The notes under the pieces were generated by a model that made no database searches, was not told the origin of the DNA, and was given only the letters and a program-made list of their open reading frames with translations. This document shows positions 27,428 to 36,970 of a stretch of 64,000 bases of DNA, in pieces. Source of the stretch: Gammaproteobacteria bacterium. Its GTDB lineage: Bacteria > Pseudomonadota > Gammaproteobacteria > Magnimaribacterales > AG-339-G14. Position 1 is the first letter of the stretch. Every line of letters begins with the position of its first letter. The stretch covers positions 65,482-129,481 of the forward strand of contig QOPF01000002.1 in the NCBI GenBank assembly GCA_003331625.1, given 5' to 3'. The position numbers and the translations under genes were made by a program.

Positions 27428-29395
27428 TTAGTTAAACCAAATGGGTGATGTCCAAGCTCTTTCTTGGATAGTTGCTGGTATGTCAGATCTAGGAGATTCT
27501 CCCGCGCGTATAGCATCCCAAGTCGACCACCTACAAACAGGATTTTCAAGAACTCTAGAATAATAAAATGCTTCTTGGTCTGCTAAAAAATCCGGGTCTT
27601 TCCAAAAAGTTTTAATTTCAGAATCTCCCTTATCATTACTTATTGCACAATCTGTTAAATTCACCCTCGCTTCATTATCAGGACATCTATTGGTTAATGG
27701 ATCTACATTCAATCCGTCAGAACAAGCGACATCAAATACTTTTTCTTTATGCAGTCCGTCTTCTAACCAGCCTTTTATTATCTGAACTCTTTGTAGGGGA
27801 GCGCCTAAAGGATCTGAAATAGCCCAAACAAAGAATCTTGGTTCTTTGCCCTCTTCTATGTTTATAGTTGAACCCATCGATAAATTATTTGAATAAGCTG
27901 TTTCAAGAAGATTTAAATCCTTTAAATCAGAGTCTTCAAACTCATAACCTGAAAAAAATCGTATCTTTATCCTTGGGCCACTTGTTGCAAAAGTTTCTTT
28001 GCGTCGAAAAGCATCATAAATTTCTTCTCGGGTATTTTCTTTTGCCCAAACTCCTGTCAGACCAGATGCAGAAAAACCTATTAATCTATCTGAGAAGGCT
28101 AAATAATCTTTTCCATTAATTTCAGCAAAAGCTTCCGGTCTAAAAATTTTAGCAGCCTTAGCAAGGATCCAATTAAATGGAACAGAGCCTCTGAGTTCAG
28201 GTGTGCCATCTAATACACCAATTTTTGAAAAGAAAGTCTCTTCACTATAAGACCCACCAGCAACATGAGTATCACTTGCTGCAGTAAGACCAAATTTATA
28301 AGGATTGGTAATGCCTTTTTTAGATAAAGATAATCCTCTTAAGTAAGCATCTCTGACATAACTTCCTTTAGCGTTCTCAAGAAGTTTTGCTTGCTTTTCT
28401 ACAGGTATTTCAAATGATGCCCACTCATCATTTTTTGACAGCAAAGGATGAGCTTCAGAAGTTCCTTTAGCCTGGGTAACTTCTACCAAAGGCTCATTAT
28501 TTGCTCTTTGTACTGCGTAGTCCTCATCAATAGGGTCACCATTGTAATAAGTAAGTGGGAAAGCAGTCCCGCCAGAAATATTCGAGTTGTGTGGTATGGC
28601 TAAACTTTCTACGCCGTTTTTCCTAAGACCATCCATCCAATCCCATAAGTCTTCTGGATTAAGGCTATCGCCTCTAGTAAAGAGCTTTTTAGGAAGGTTT
28701 TTAGTATCTCTAAAGATTACGTTTCGGTGTAAATAATTATCATAGATTTCTACTGAAGAAGTGTATTCATAGGCTGCAAAAGTAGTAAATGTTCCTGGAA
28801 CATAGGCTTGATCGGCGGCTTTAATCGTTTTTTGCCAAACATTGTTGCTAACTTCTTGTAAGAGCTTTGCGTCTATAGTTCCATCTTGAATACTGTTACC
28901 TAATTTTTGTGCAAATGGCCTAAATTTATTTGCTCTACTTAAAATCGATAAAATATCTGAATTAACATTTTCATTTAAATTATGAAGAGGTTTTGCAAGT
29001 TCGTACCTTGAAATTTTAGAGGTGGTATCAGCTGCCTCTTTAATAATCCCCATAAAAATTCCGTGATCAGTTACAGCATAAAAGTCTAAAGGGCGACTTA
29101 ACTGAATTAGATACCCAGTAGGATGTTTAATAGCTTTTCCTCTAGCATATTTGTATGCATCATTGGGTGAGGCGATAGTACCAAAAGTGTAAGCATCAAA
29201 AGAGTTTTCTGTATGAACATGCAGATCGCCAAAATAAGCATTTTTGTAAGGATTTGGAGCTGACTTTGAAGCAATATCTTTTTCTATCATTAACTTTACT
29301 TCAGGAGTTAAGTTAGAAGAATGAGTTTGATATTGAGTCTCAGAACAAGAAATCAAAATAAAAATTATTAAAAAAAGTAGCTTATGCTGTTTCAT
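27428..29395 (-). CDS. DUF3604 family protein, predicted lipoprotein
   Basis: It has the signal peptide and lipobox FILISC, YFGDLHVHTENSFDAY near the N-terminus and ERAWTSPIWF at the C-terminus, as in DUF3604 (PHP-like metal-dependent) proteins. Confidence 0.75.
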   Translation of the reverse strand: MKQHKLLFLIIFILISCSETQYQTHSSNLTPEVKLMIEKDIASKSAPNPYKNAYFGDLHVHTENSFDAYTFGTIASPNDAYKYARGKAIKHPTGYLIQLSRPLDFYAVTDHGIFMGIIKEAADTTSKISRYELAKPLHNLNENVNSDILSILSRANKFRPFAQKLGNSIQDGTIDAKLLQEVSNNVWQKTIKAADQAYVPGTFTTFAAYEYTSSVEIYDNYLHRNVIFRDTKNLPKKLFTRGDSLNPEDLWDWMDGLRKNGVESLAIPHNSNISGGTAFPLTYYNGDPIDEDYAVQRANNEPLVEVTQAKGTSEAHPLLSKNDEWASFEIPVEKQAKLLENAKGSYVRDAYLRGLSLSKKGITNPYKFGLTAASDTHVAGGSYSEETFFSKIGVLDGTPELRGSVPFNWILAKAAKIFRPEAFAEINGKDYLAFSDRLIGFSASGLTGVWAKENTREEIYDAFRRKETFATSGPRIKIRFFSGYEFEDSDLKDLNLLETAYSNNLSMGSTINIEEGKEPRFFVWAISDPLGAPLQRVQIIKGWLEDGLHKEKVFDVACSDGLNVDPLTNRCPDNEARVNLTDCAISNDKGDSEIKTFWKDPDFLADQEAFYYSRVLENPVCRWSTWDAIRAGESPRSDIPATIQERAWTSPIWFN

Positions 29396-29444
29396 TGTTT
29401 GATATACCCCTATTGTTAAATTCTCATCATCATAAAGTTATTTC

Positions 29445-30266
29445 CTATTCGTTTAAAGTATCGCCTCCAAGTATTGCTGGCGTTTCGCAGTAAGTATTTA
29501 AAATATAATGTTGATGATCGATTAATCTTTGAGAGAGCACTTCTTTTATCTTAGGAATTTTTGAATTCGATTCAAAAAACATTAGCATGCCTTGATTTTG
29601 CTTTGTCTTAGGCATAATACTTAATGGCACAGGCAAGACAGCCATACTCATGGTAGCCCAATATATATCTGCTGCAGATAAAGAGTTTCCTACTAAATAT
29701 TTTGAACCTTTGGCTTCTTGAGACTCCAATCTTTTATCTATTAGAGAAATAATTTCTGCCATTTTGTTTGGAGCTAAAGAACTTGCGCTTTCACTATATC
29801 CATACTTTTGAGCCAAGGGACTATCAAATAAAATTCTCATATTCCAAACTAAACCGTCTTCGCCTAAAACTATGGCGCAAAGTCCAAACATTTTTGCTTT
29901 ATCATCAAAATTTTCTGGAATTATAGACGGGCTGTCTTCAGCCCCAATTCTTTCTGCCAAAGAGAGCTGTTCTATCCAGACATTTCTTGGTCTTTCTTCG
30001 TCATGAAACATGGTAGGTAAGCTAGTCTGACTGGTTAGCTCATAGAGTTTAGCTTGCCGATCTTGTCCAGTTTCCTTATCAGTGCCCATTAAAGGATGAA
30101 GAACTCTAATTAAAGGGATCTTTTTGACATAACAAATATTTTTTAGAGCTTCAGCATACATCGCCTGAAGACCGGGAATAAAAGTAACTCTAGTTCCTTT
30201 TTTTAAAGAGGTTGATTCTTCTAAAGAAATAAATTCGGGATTATCTTGTTTTTGTTTTTTTGTCAT
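29445..30266 (-). CDS. GST-like protein (divergent)
   Basis: The 273-aa ORF has LPTMFHDEERP...W.EQLSLAERIG (a thioredoxin-like half) and SAADIYWATM in a helical C-half. The assignment is weaker than for the other GSTs. Confidence 0.5.
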   Translation of the reverse strand: MTKKQKQDNPEFISLEESTSLKKGTRVTFIPGLQAMYAEALKNICYVKKIPLIRVLHPLMGTDKETGQDRQAKLYELTSQTSLPTMFHDEERPRNVWIEQLSLAERIGAEDSPSIIPENFDDKAKMFGLCAIVLGEDGLVWNMRILFDSPLAQKYGYSESASSLAPNKMAEIISLIDKRLESQEAKGSKYLVGNSLSAADIYWATMSMAVLPVPLSIMPKTKQNQGMLMFFESNSKIPKIKEVLSQRLIDHQHYILNTYCETPAILGGDTLNE

Positions 30267-30385
30267 ACAAGAATATCAACATAAAAAGTATTTTTACGCT
30301 ATCTAATTTTTAAAATCCTGGTTTTGAGGCTTTAGAAATTAATAGTTTTTCTATTTTTTCGAAATTTAGTTCTCAAAGACTTTTT

Positions 30386-31147
30386 GTGTATAGTGTTTTT
30401 ATACTTCAGAAAGCTATAGGATTTATTGTGATTGAGTTACAAAAAAAAGAGTCGATTTATTTTTTAACTATGGATGCAGGTGAGAATCGTTGGAATACAA
30501 CTTTTGTAAAGGAATTTGCCAAAGCATTAGATGAAATTGAGAAAGATGAAGGCCCCGGAGCTTTGATAACATCATCTAAAGATCCAAAATTTTTTTCTAA
30601 CGGACTTGATTTAGAGTGGATGCAAGCACCTGAAAAGCATCCTAAGGGAGGAGATAGAGAAGTTTTTGGAGAAGAATTTATGTTCTTAATGGGGAGAATA
30701 ATCACCCTTTCTATTCCGACAATCTGCGCTATCAACGGTCATGCTTTTGGCGCAGGTTTTATGCTTGCTCTTTCTCATGATGTTAGATTCATGAGAGAGG
30801 ATAGAGGATTTCTATGCGCTAATGAAATGCAACTTGGATTAAAAATTCCAAGACCAGAATTAGCTTTATTTCGCCATAAGATTCCTGCAAATTCTTTTTT
30901 TGAAACGGTTCAGCTATCTAAACGCTGGACTGGATTGTCTGCTTACAAAGCTGGCATTATCCAAGGAACAGGCTCATTCGAAGATTTGCCTGAATTAGCA
31001 CTTAAAAAAGCGGAGGAACTAGCCCCCCTTGCAAAGGATAGAAAAAATTATGGAGCTCAAAAAGAGATGCTTTATGGAGAGAACGCAGCTATAAATCTAG
31101 AACATGGCCCAGCGCACATGTTAAAAAATTCAAAAGAATTTGAATAA
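30386..31147 (+). CDS. Enoyl-CoA hydratase/isomerase family protein
   Basis: It shows the crotonase pattern FFSNGLDLEW and CAINGHAFGAGFMLAL. The start is uncertain: GTG at 30386 in the track, an in-frame GTG at 30428, or ATG at 30470. Confidence 0.78.
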   Translation: MYSVFILQKAIGFIVIELQKKESIYFLTMDAGENRWNTTFVKEFAKALDEIEKDEGPGALITSSKDPKFFSNGLDLEWMQAPEKHPKGGDREVFGEEFMFLMGRIITLSIPTICAINGHAFGAGFMLALSHDVRFMREDRGFLCANEMQLGLKIPRPELALFRHKIPANSFFETVQLSKRWTGLSAYKAGIIQGTGSFEDLPELALKKAEELAPLAKDRKNYGAQKEMLYGENAAINLEHGPAHMLKNSKEFE

Positions 31148-31205
31148 TTTTTAAATTTTAAAAATTACAATATTGGTCAATTGATTTGCTTTCGCTTGAC
31201 AGACA

Positions 31206-32594
31206 TCATGCCCAAATTTCATCATCGGTTGGGACTTTTTTATCAGGGATAATTTTTCCGATACGAGATACATTCATTAGATGTTTATAATCAAGATTTT
31301 CCGAAATTGAATTCCCTCCCCAAGAACCACAACCGAGAGTTGTTGTAGGTGCAAAACCATTAGTCAACGAACCTCCAGCAGTAGTAGAACTCGGTTGGTT
31401 AACGACAAGGCGACTAATTGGTAGCTCAAGGCCAGCTTTTTGAATATTTTCATCGTTATTTGAATGCAAGGCTGCTGAATGACCAGCTCCCTCAACAAGC
31501 AGATTAGCTTTTGCCATATTGACTGCATCTTCGAAAGTTGAATAAGGCACGATGGCAATGACTGGACAGAGTTTTTCTTTGGCCAAAACATCTTCAGTTC
31601 CTGATCCATCAGCTGGAAGCAAAATAAGTCTAGAAGAATCTGGAACGTCTATTCCTGCCATTTTTCCTACGTCAGTTGCTGATTTTCCCACAACATCTTT
31701 ATTCAAGTACCCGTCTTGAAAAACTACTTCTCGTAATTTTTGTATTTGGTTTTTATCATCAGTGAACCAAACCTTGCCTGTATTTGTGAATAATTCTATC
31801 GTTTTATCAAAATTTTCCTCAGGAGCAATTACAAATTGTTCGTGAGAACAAATAATGCCATGATCGAAAGATGCTCCATCTACTATCTTTTCAACAGCAT
31901 CTTGTAAGTCTATATTTCTATCAATTATGACTGGTACATTTCCTGCCCCTACCCCAAAAGAAGGTTTGCCAGATGAATAAGCGGATTTAACCATCGCGCC
32001 TCCGCCCGTAGCAACGACCACATCAGCAGACTGCATAAGTTGTTGCGTCTTTTCAACAGAACCGTCAGTAACAACTTGAATAAGATTATCAGGACCATCG
32101 TGAGATTTAACGATTTTCATAAATTCTAAAGCTAAGTACTCAGCACATTTTTGAGCCTTTGGATGAGATGCAAAAATAACTGCATTACCAGTTTTGAGTG
32201 CAAACATGCCATTACACATCGGAGTTACAATCGGATTTGTCACTGGAGTTACAGCAGCGACTACTCCCATTGGTTTGGCAACAAAAACTAGGTTTGAATC
32301 AGCATCTTCACCAATCACTCCTCTTGATTTTTTATCTTTAAGGTTATTCCATATAACTCTTGCTTTACCCTTATTTTTTAAGACTTTGTCATCATAAGAT
32401 CCCATATCTGTTTCATCCACAGCCATTTTTGCTAGCGGCTCGGCGTTATCGTAAACAAATTTACCTATATCGCGAACAATTGCATCAACTTGTTCTTGAT
32501 TAAATGACTCGTATTCCGCTTGAGCATTTCGCGCATTAGTAACGAGATCTTGAATTGATAAATCATTGGTTATCTGGGATTCTTCGTTGCTCAT
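31206..32594 (-). CDS. CoA-acylating aldehyde dehydrogenase (EutE/PduP/AdhE N-domain type)
   Basis: The 462-aa ORF has its catalytic Cys in FDHGIICSHEQ and C-terminal TLGCGSWGGNSISENL..KHL, as in acetylating ALDHs. The RBS is GGAGTAAAA-ATG. Confidence 0.8.
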   Translation of the reverse strand: MSNEESQITNDLSIQDLVTNARNAQAEYESFNQEQVDAIVRDIGKFVYDNAEPLAKMAVDETDMGSYDDKVLKNKGKARVIWNNLKDKKSRGVIGEDADSNLVFVAKPMGVVAAVTPVTNPIVTPMCNGMFALKTGNAVIFASHPKAQKCAEYLALEFMKIVKSHDGPDNLIQVVTDGSVEKTQQLMQSADVVVATGGGAMVKSAYSSGKPSFGVGAGNVPVIIDRNIDLQDAVEKIVDGASFDHGIICSHEQFVIAPEENFDKTIELFTNTGKVWFTDDKNQIQKLREVVFQDGYLNKDVVGKSATDVGKMAGIDVPDSSRLILLPADGSGTEDVLAKEKLCPVIAIVPYSTFEDAVNMAKANLLVEGAGHSAALHSNNDENIQKAGLELPISRLVVNQPSSTTAGGSLTNGFAPTTTLGCGSWGGNSISENLDYKHLMNVSRIGKIIPDKKVPTDDEIWA

Positions 32595-32719
32595 TTTTAC
32601 TCCAATCTTATTGATTTTTAGGACAATTATAGCTCATATCATCTTAATAACGACAATTGGAAGTCTACAGAGTGTTTGGCTTTGCAATTCCAATACACAT
32701 TCTGCATCGATTCAAATCA

Positions 32720-33724
32720 CTATTTTTGGCATTCTTTTCCTCTCAACATCCCTATGAATAAGTTCCACTTTCTTTGATCTAAATCACGTCCTGTCCACCA
32801 AATTGCGTGATCTTTGTTATTTAGCTGGTCATTAATAATCAATCCCCACATCGGCTCAATTTGATTTGGTAGCATTGAGTAACGTACGTCTGTTACAAGT
32901 TTTTTTCCTTTATCAAATCCTAAATAATCTTGAGAAAACCATCTAAATCTTTCAACATCTTTGGCCTGCTGACTCTTTTTATCAAGTCCGGGTAAATGTT
33001 GCTGGTAGTTAAAAATCTCTATACTCTCTCCAGAACAAACGATTGATGATTGAACTGTCCTAATTGCATCAACATAAAAAGTTTTTTCATTTTGATAAAT
33101 AGACTTCCACAAAATTAAATTTCCAAAGGATGGCTTAAGAGTTAGACGCTCAGGATTGTGTCCTCTTGATTCTGCTAGGTCATTTGCTGCTGATAAAGCT
33201 CTTTCATATTGAACGAAACCTAAAGAAAGATAAAAAATAACCCATCCAATTGAAAAAAAACTATAAATTCTTTTTTTTGTTTTTATTGCAACTCCAACAA
33301 GAATTAAAACAGGAATTGTAAACAGAGGATCAACTATAGAAATATTATTCCAAGTTATTCGTTCATTTGAGAACGGCCAAAAAAGCAGAGTTCCATAAGA
33401 GGTACAGGCATCGAGTAATCCGTGTGTAGCGTATCCAAGAAAACTTGCTATGTAGATAGTCTTGAAACTCATTGATTTCTTAACTAATGGGAAGATGATT
33501 AATGCAACAATCATAGAGCCAAAGGGAATAAAAAAAAGTGAGTGAGAGAACTGCCTATGATATTCAAGAAATAAAATTGGATCAGTGGAAGACTGGATCA
33601 AGACATCTAAGTCAGGTGCTAATCCAGCAAGAAAACCAATAATGCCTATCTTAAGAATATTATTCTTACTGGCAGTAGATTGTGCAAAAGCTGCTCCAAC
33701 TGTTCCTTGAGATAATGGGTCCAT
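32720..33724 (-). CDS. Membrane-bound metal-dependent hydrolase (YdjM/DUF457 family) with C-terminal extension
   Basis: MDPLSQGTVGAA...LAPDLDVL...HRQFSHSL are the hallmark segments of the YdjM family. Confidence 0.7.
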   Translation of the reverse strand: MDPLSQGTVGAAFAQSTASKNNILKIGIIGFLAGLAPDLDVLIQSSTDPILFLEYHRQFSHSLFFIPFGSMIVALIIFPLVKKSMSFKTIYIASFLGYATHGLLDACTSYGTLLFWPFSNERITWNNISIVDPLFTIPVLILVGVAIKTKKRIYSFFSIGWVIFYLSLGFVQYERALSAANDLAESRGHNPERLTLKPSFGNLILWKSIYQNEKTFYVDAIRTVQSSIVCSGESIEIFNYQQHLPGLDKKSQQAKDVERFRWFSQDYLGFDKGKKLVTDVRYSMLPNQIEPMWGLIINDQLNNKDHAIWWTGRDLDQRKWNLFIGMLRGKECQK

Positions 33725-33752
33725 TTTTATTCCATGAAAAATAGCTTACAAA

Positions 33753-34427
33753 TCATTCTTTACTTTGCTTTTTGAAAGCCTTGCGATCAATTGCTCTCGG
33801 TCGCTCTTCTTCATTGAGCTTTGCCTTATCCAAAGGATCTTTGCCATCCAATAATAATTCGATATGATCCATTTGGTCATTTCCCCAAAATAAATTATCG
33901 TCAATAATTATTGTTGGGACGCCAAAAACTCCCTTCTCAATCGCGTTACTAGTCTCATTAATTAGTAAATCTTTTATATCTGATTCAGAAATTTTCTGAA
34001 TGAGGTTTTCTCCATCTAAGGATTGTTTTGTCAATAAGGCCTTCAATGAGGATAAATCTCCTAGATCTACACCTTGACTCCAGCCCCCTTTAAATATTGC
34101 ATCTATTACTCCAAGTTGATTAATACCGCTGACTTCCTTCAAAGATATTCTTAAAGCAGCTAGAGGATTAAAGGGATGTTTTTTCGGTGGGTTGTATTCA
34201 AATCCATTTATAGCCGCATATCTTATACAATACTCATTTAGCCATCTTAGTTTAGGCGGAATCTCAGCTGGACCTAATTGTCCCCATTTATCCAATAATT
34301 TTCCAAATACAATTGGATGTGCTTCGATTTCGCGATTATATTTTTTAGCTAGTATAGGAAGTCTGCGCCATGCAAAGTAGGCATAAGGAGATATAAAATC
34401 GAAGTAAAAATGTATTTTTGCAGTCAT
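33753..34427 (-). CDS. 2-hydroxychromene-2-carboxylate isomerase / DsbA-like (kappa-GST-like) protein
   Basis: It has FYFDFISPYAYF at the N-terminus and GVFGVPTIIIDDNLFWGNDQ near the C-terminus. Confidence 0.8.
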   Translation of the reverse strand: MTAKIHFYFDFISPYAYFAWRRLPILAKKYNREIEAHPIVFGKLLDKWGQLGPAEIPPKLRWLNEYCIRYAAINGFEYNPPKKHPFNPLAALRISLKEVSGINQLGVIDAIFKGGWSQGVDLGDLSSLKALLTKQSLDGENLIQKISESDIKDLLINETSNAIEKGVFGVPTIIIDDNLFWGNDQMDHIELLLDGKDPLDKAKLNEEERPRAIDRKAFKKQSKE

Positions 34428-34571
34428 TAGTTCTTTCTACTTTCGCTTAGTAGAAACCATTTAAACACCGATATGCTTGCTAACAAAATAGCAAGAAAAA
34501 GCAGATGAAATTAAGGATAAATCTAATATATTCATAACATATACTCCTTTATAGCATATAGAATAGGCACC

Positions 34572-35162
34572 TTGAATAATTACAAAATCTTTATCCCTGA
34601 GCATTTACGTGCTTATAGACCTAGGCTTATCAGGTGGCTGGGTAAATTCTTAATGAAAATTACAGGTTGGAAAACTACTGGTCATTTTCCTAAAGATCAG
34701 CGTGTAGTAATAATCGCTGGACCACATACTTCAAATTGGGATTTTGTTCTTGCCATGTCACTTATTTTAAGTCTTGATGTCAACATTCATTGGGTGGGCA
34801 AACATTCAATTTTCAAAAAAGGTTTTCGCAAGCTGCTAAGAAAAATGGGTGGAATTCCTGTAAATAGAGCAAATCCAGAAGGTTTAAAAAATGAAATTTA
34901 TAACATTACTGAGAAATTTAAAGGTTTTGTCATTGTTATATCTCCAGAGGGCACTAGGAAAAAAGTGAAAAGACTCAAGTCTGGTTTTTTACGCATTGCT
35001 AACGAAACCAATAGTAAAATTATGATGGCTGGAGTTGATTTTTCTAAAAAAACTATCGAGCTTGGAGATTTCTTTAGTCCTTCAGGAGATGTAGATAAAG
35101 ATTTAAAAGTTATCAAAGAATATTTTGCTAACTTTGCTGGGAAGCGTTCAAAACTGTCATAG
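34572..35162 (+). CDS. PlsC-type acyltransferase (1-acyl-sn-glycerol-3-phosphate acyltransferase family)
   Basis: It has the HX4D motif PHTSNWD and the SPEGTR motif. The track start is TTG, so the start is uncertain. Confidence 0.72.
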   Translation: MNNYKIFIPEHLRAYRPRLIRWLGKFLMKITGWKTTGHFPKDQRVVIIAGPHTSNWDFVLAMSLILSLDVNIHWVGKHSIFKKGFRKLLRKMGGIPVNRANPEGLKNEIYNITEKFKGFVIVISPEGTRKKVKRLKSGFLRIANETNSKIMMAGVDFSKKTIELGDFFSPSGDVDKDLKVIKEYFANFAGKRSKLS

Positions 35163-35291
35163 CATCTTTAATAATCCTTTATTAAAGTAAAAACTACTCT
35201 CGCTCAAAAGTTGAACCCTTTGAAATCCCAATAAAAATTGGTTTTCAAAACACTATATCAAAGAGTAATTAAGATAGATGTGAAATAGGTT

Positions 35292-36227
35292 TTACGATAT
35301 TCCTAAACCTATAAAAATATTTTCAATTGCCTTCAAATGTACTTTTCTAAATACAGTAGGACTGGCATTTGAATTATGAGGGCTTAAGTAAACATTCTCA
35401 AACTTCTTTAAAGGACTGTCATCGCTTAATGGCTCTTCTTCAAAAACATCTAAACAAGCTCCGCCAATTTTCTTTTCTTCCAGAGCAATTATCAAATGCT
35501 CTTCTTTAATTATAGAGCCTCGAGCAGTATTTATTAAAATTGAGTCTTCCTTCATAAGATTAAATTCATTATTACTAAACATGTATTTTGAAGTCTTATT
35601 TAAATCACAATGTATAGAGATAAAGTCAGAATCTTTTAAAAGAGTTTCAAAAGAGACATTTTGAACATTAGGTATGTTGCTCTCTATGTCTCTGATATCA
35701 AAATATGAAACTTTCATACCAAGAGCACTTGCCTTTCTAGCCAATTCACTGCCAATATGGCCTAATCCAAGAATTCCAAGGGTCCTTTCGCTTAGCGTAA
35801 AGGAAGGAATTTTTGACCAATTATTATTTCGGACAACAAAATCCTTTTCATTTATCTTTCTTGAAATCATTAAAATATAAGCTAAGACAGTATCAGATAA
35901 GGGCGCTGCAAATACATCCAGAACTTTTAAAACCCTTATTTTAAGTTTCTTAGCCGAAATGGAATCAATTGAATCTATTCCTGTTCCCCATTTAGATATC
36001 ACTTTTAGGTTCTTAGATTTATTTAAAACTTTGGCATTTAGATCGTCATCTCCGCATAAAATACCATCTGCATCTTTAAGTAAGCTTATGAGCTCTTCTT
36101 CATTGAGGGATTCAGTTACGTCGAATTCTGGCGTGAAAAGCTCTACTCCTTTTTTTAGGCATAGGTCTTTGTACTCTTCTACATGAGGCAGAATGGGAGG
36201 AGCTGAAACTAAAACTTTAAAACTCAT
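35292..36227 (-). CDS. D-isomer-specific 2-hydroxyacid dehydrogenase (PGDH-like)
   Basis: It has the NAD site LGILGLGHIGSELA, NTARGSII and ...LSPHNS. It overlaps the upstream gene by 1 nt at 36227. Confidence 0.82.
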   Translation of the reverse strand: MSFKVLVSAPPILPHVEEYKDLCLKKGVELFTPEFDVTESLNEEELISLLKDADGILCGDDDLNAKVLNKSKNLKVISKWGTGIDSIDSISAKKLKIRVLKVLDVFAAPLSDTVLAYILMISRKINEKDFVVRNNNWSKIPSFTLSERTLGILGLGHIGSELARKASALGMKVSYFDIRDIESNIPNVQNVSFETLLKDSDFISIHCDLNKTSKYMFSNNEFNLMKEDSILINTARGSIIKEEHLIIALEEKKIGGACLDVFEEEPLSDDSPLKKFENVYLSPHNSNASPTVFRKVHLKAIENIFIGLGIS

Positions 36228-36970
36228 TAAAGATACTCCTCTATTAAGCTATCTTCTTTCATTAATAGTCTTACTTCTTCTAAATCTTCTGGCGTATCTA
36301 CGCTTATCTTGGCTTGGTCGATTTCTACCAATCTGATCTTAACTCCATTCTCAGTTAATCTTAGGAAGTGATTATCTTCTAAAATCTCCAAGGGTGTTTG
36401 TTTCCATTCAAGATATTTTTCTAACCAAATTTTACGGTGAGGCACTATAAAACAAAGCTTCCAAAAATATTGATGATCTTTCATGTAAAAATGGGGAATG
36501 TCTGATCTAGACGAATAAATAAGATCATTATTTGAATCCATTACTGCTTTAAAATCTGACGAACTATTTATTTTTGAAAACTTAGTTATGCCCATAGATA
36601 CTTGAATCTCAGAATCATCTATAAGTGGTTGAGTTATTTTATCTACGTGATCAGGATAAAGAAGAGGCTCATCTCCTTGTATGTTTACTACGATTTCAGA
36701 ATCAATAAATTTACAAGCCTCTCCAGCTCTTTCAGAACTATTCTTGTGATACTTAGAAGTCATTATGCTCTTAATACCGAAGCTTTCTGCAACTTCTTGG
36801 ATTTCCTTGCTATCTGTAGCTACGTAGACATCATCAAGAGTTTTGGATAATAGTGCTCTTTTGCAAGTATGAATTATCATGGGAAGACCGCAAATGTCGG
36901 CTAACGCCTTTCCTGGCAATCTTTTTGACTCAAGTCTTGCTGGAACAACTCCTACAACTTTAGTATTCAT
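36227..36970 (-). CDS. KdsB/NeuA-family cytidylyltransferase (CMP-ulosonic acid synthetase-like)
   Basis: It has VGVVPARLESKRLPGKALADICGLPMI and NIQGDEPLL, as in CMP-Kdo synthetases. It overlaps the upstream gene by 1 nt at 36970. Confidence 0.8.
   Translation of the reverse strand: MNTKVVGVVPARLESKRLPGKALADICGLPMIIHTCKRALLSKTLDDVYVATDSKEIQEVAESFGIKSIMTSKYHKNSSERAGEACKFIDSEIVVNIQGDEPLLYPDHVDKITQPLIDDSEIQVSMGITKFSKINSSSDFKAVMDSNNDLIYSSRSDIPHFYMKDHQYFWKLCFIVPHRKIWLEKYLEWKQTPLEILEDNHFLRLTENGVKIRLVEIDQAKISVDTPEDLEEVRLLMKEDSLIEEYL

Noticed and set aside
30267-30385. A single AAGTATT motif copy upstream of the GST-like gene, considered as a possible link to the repeats at 39.7-39.8 kb.
   Set aside because: A 7-mer with this composition is expected every few kb by chance, so one copy is not evidence of a shared regulon.
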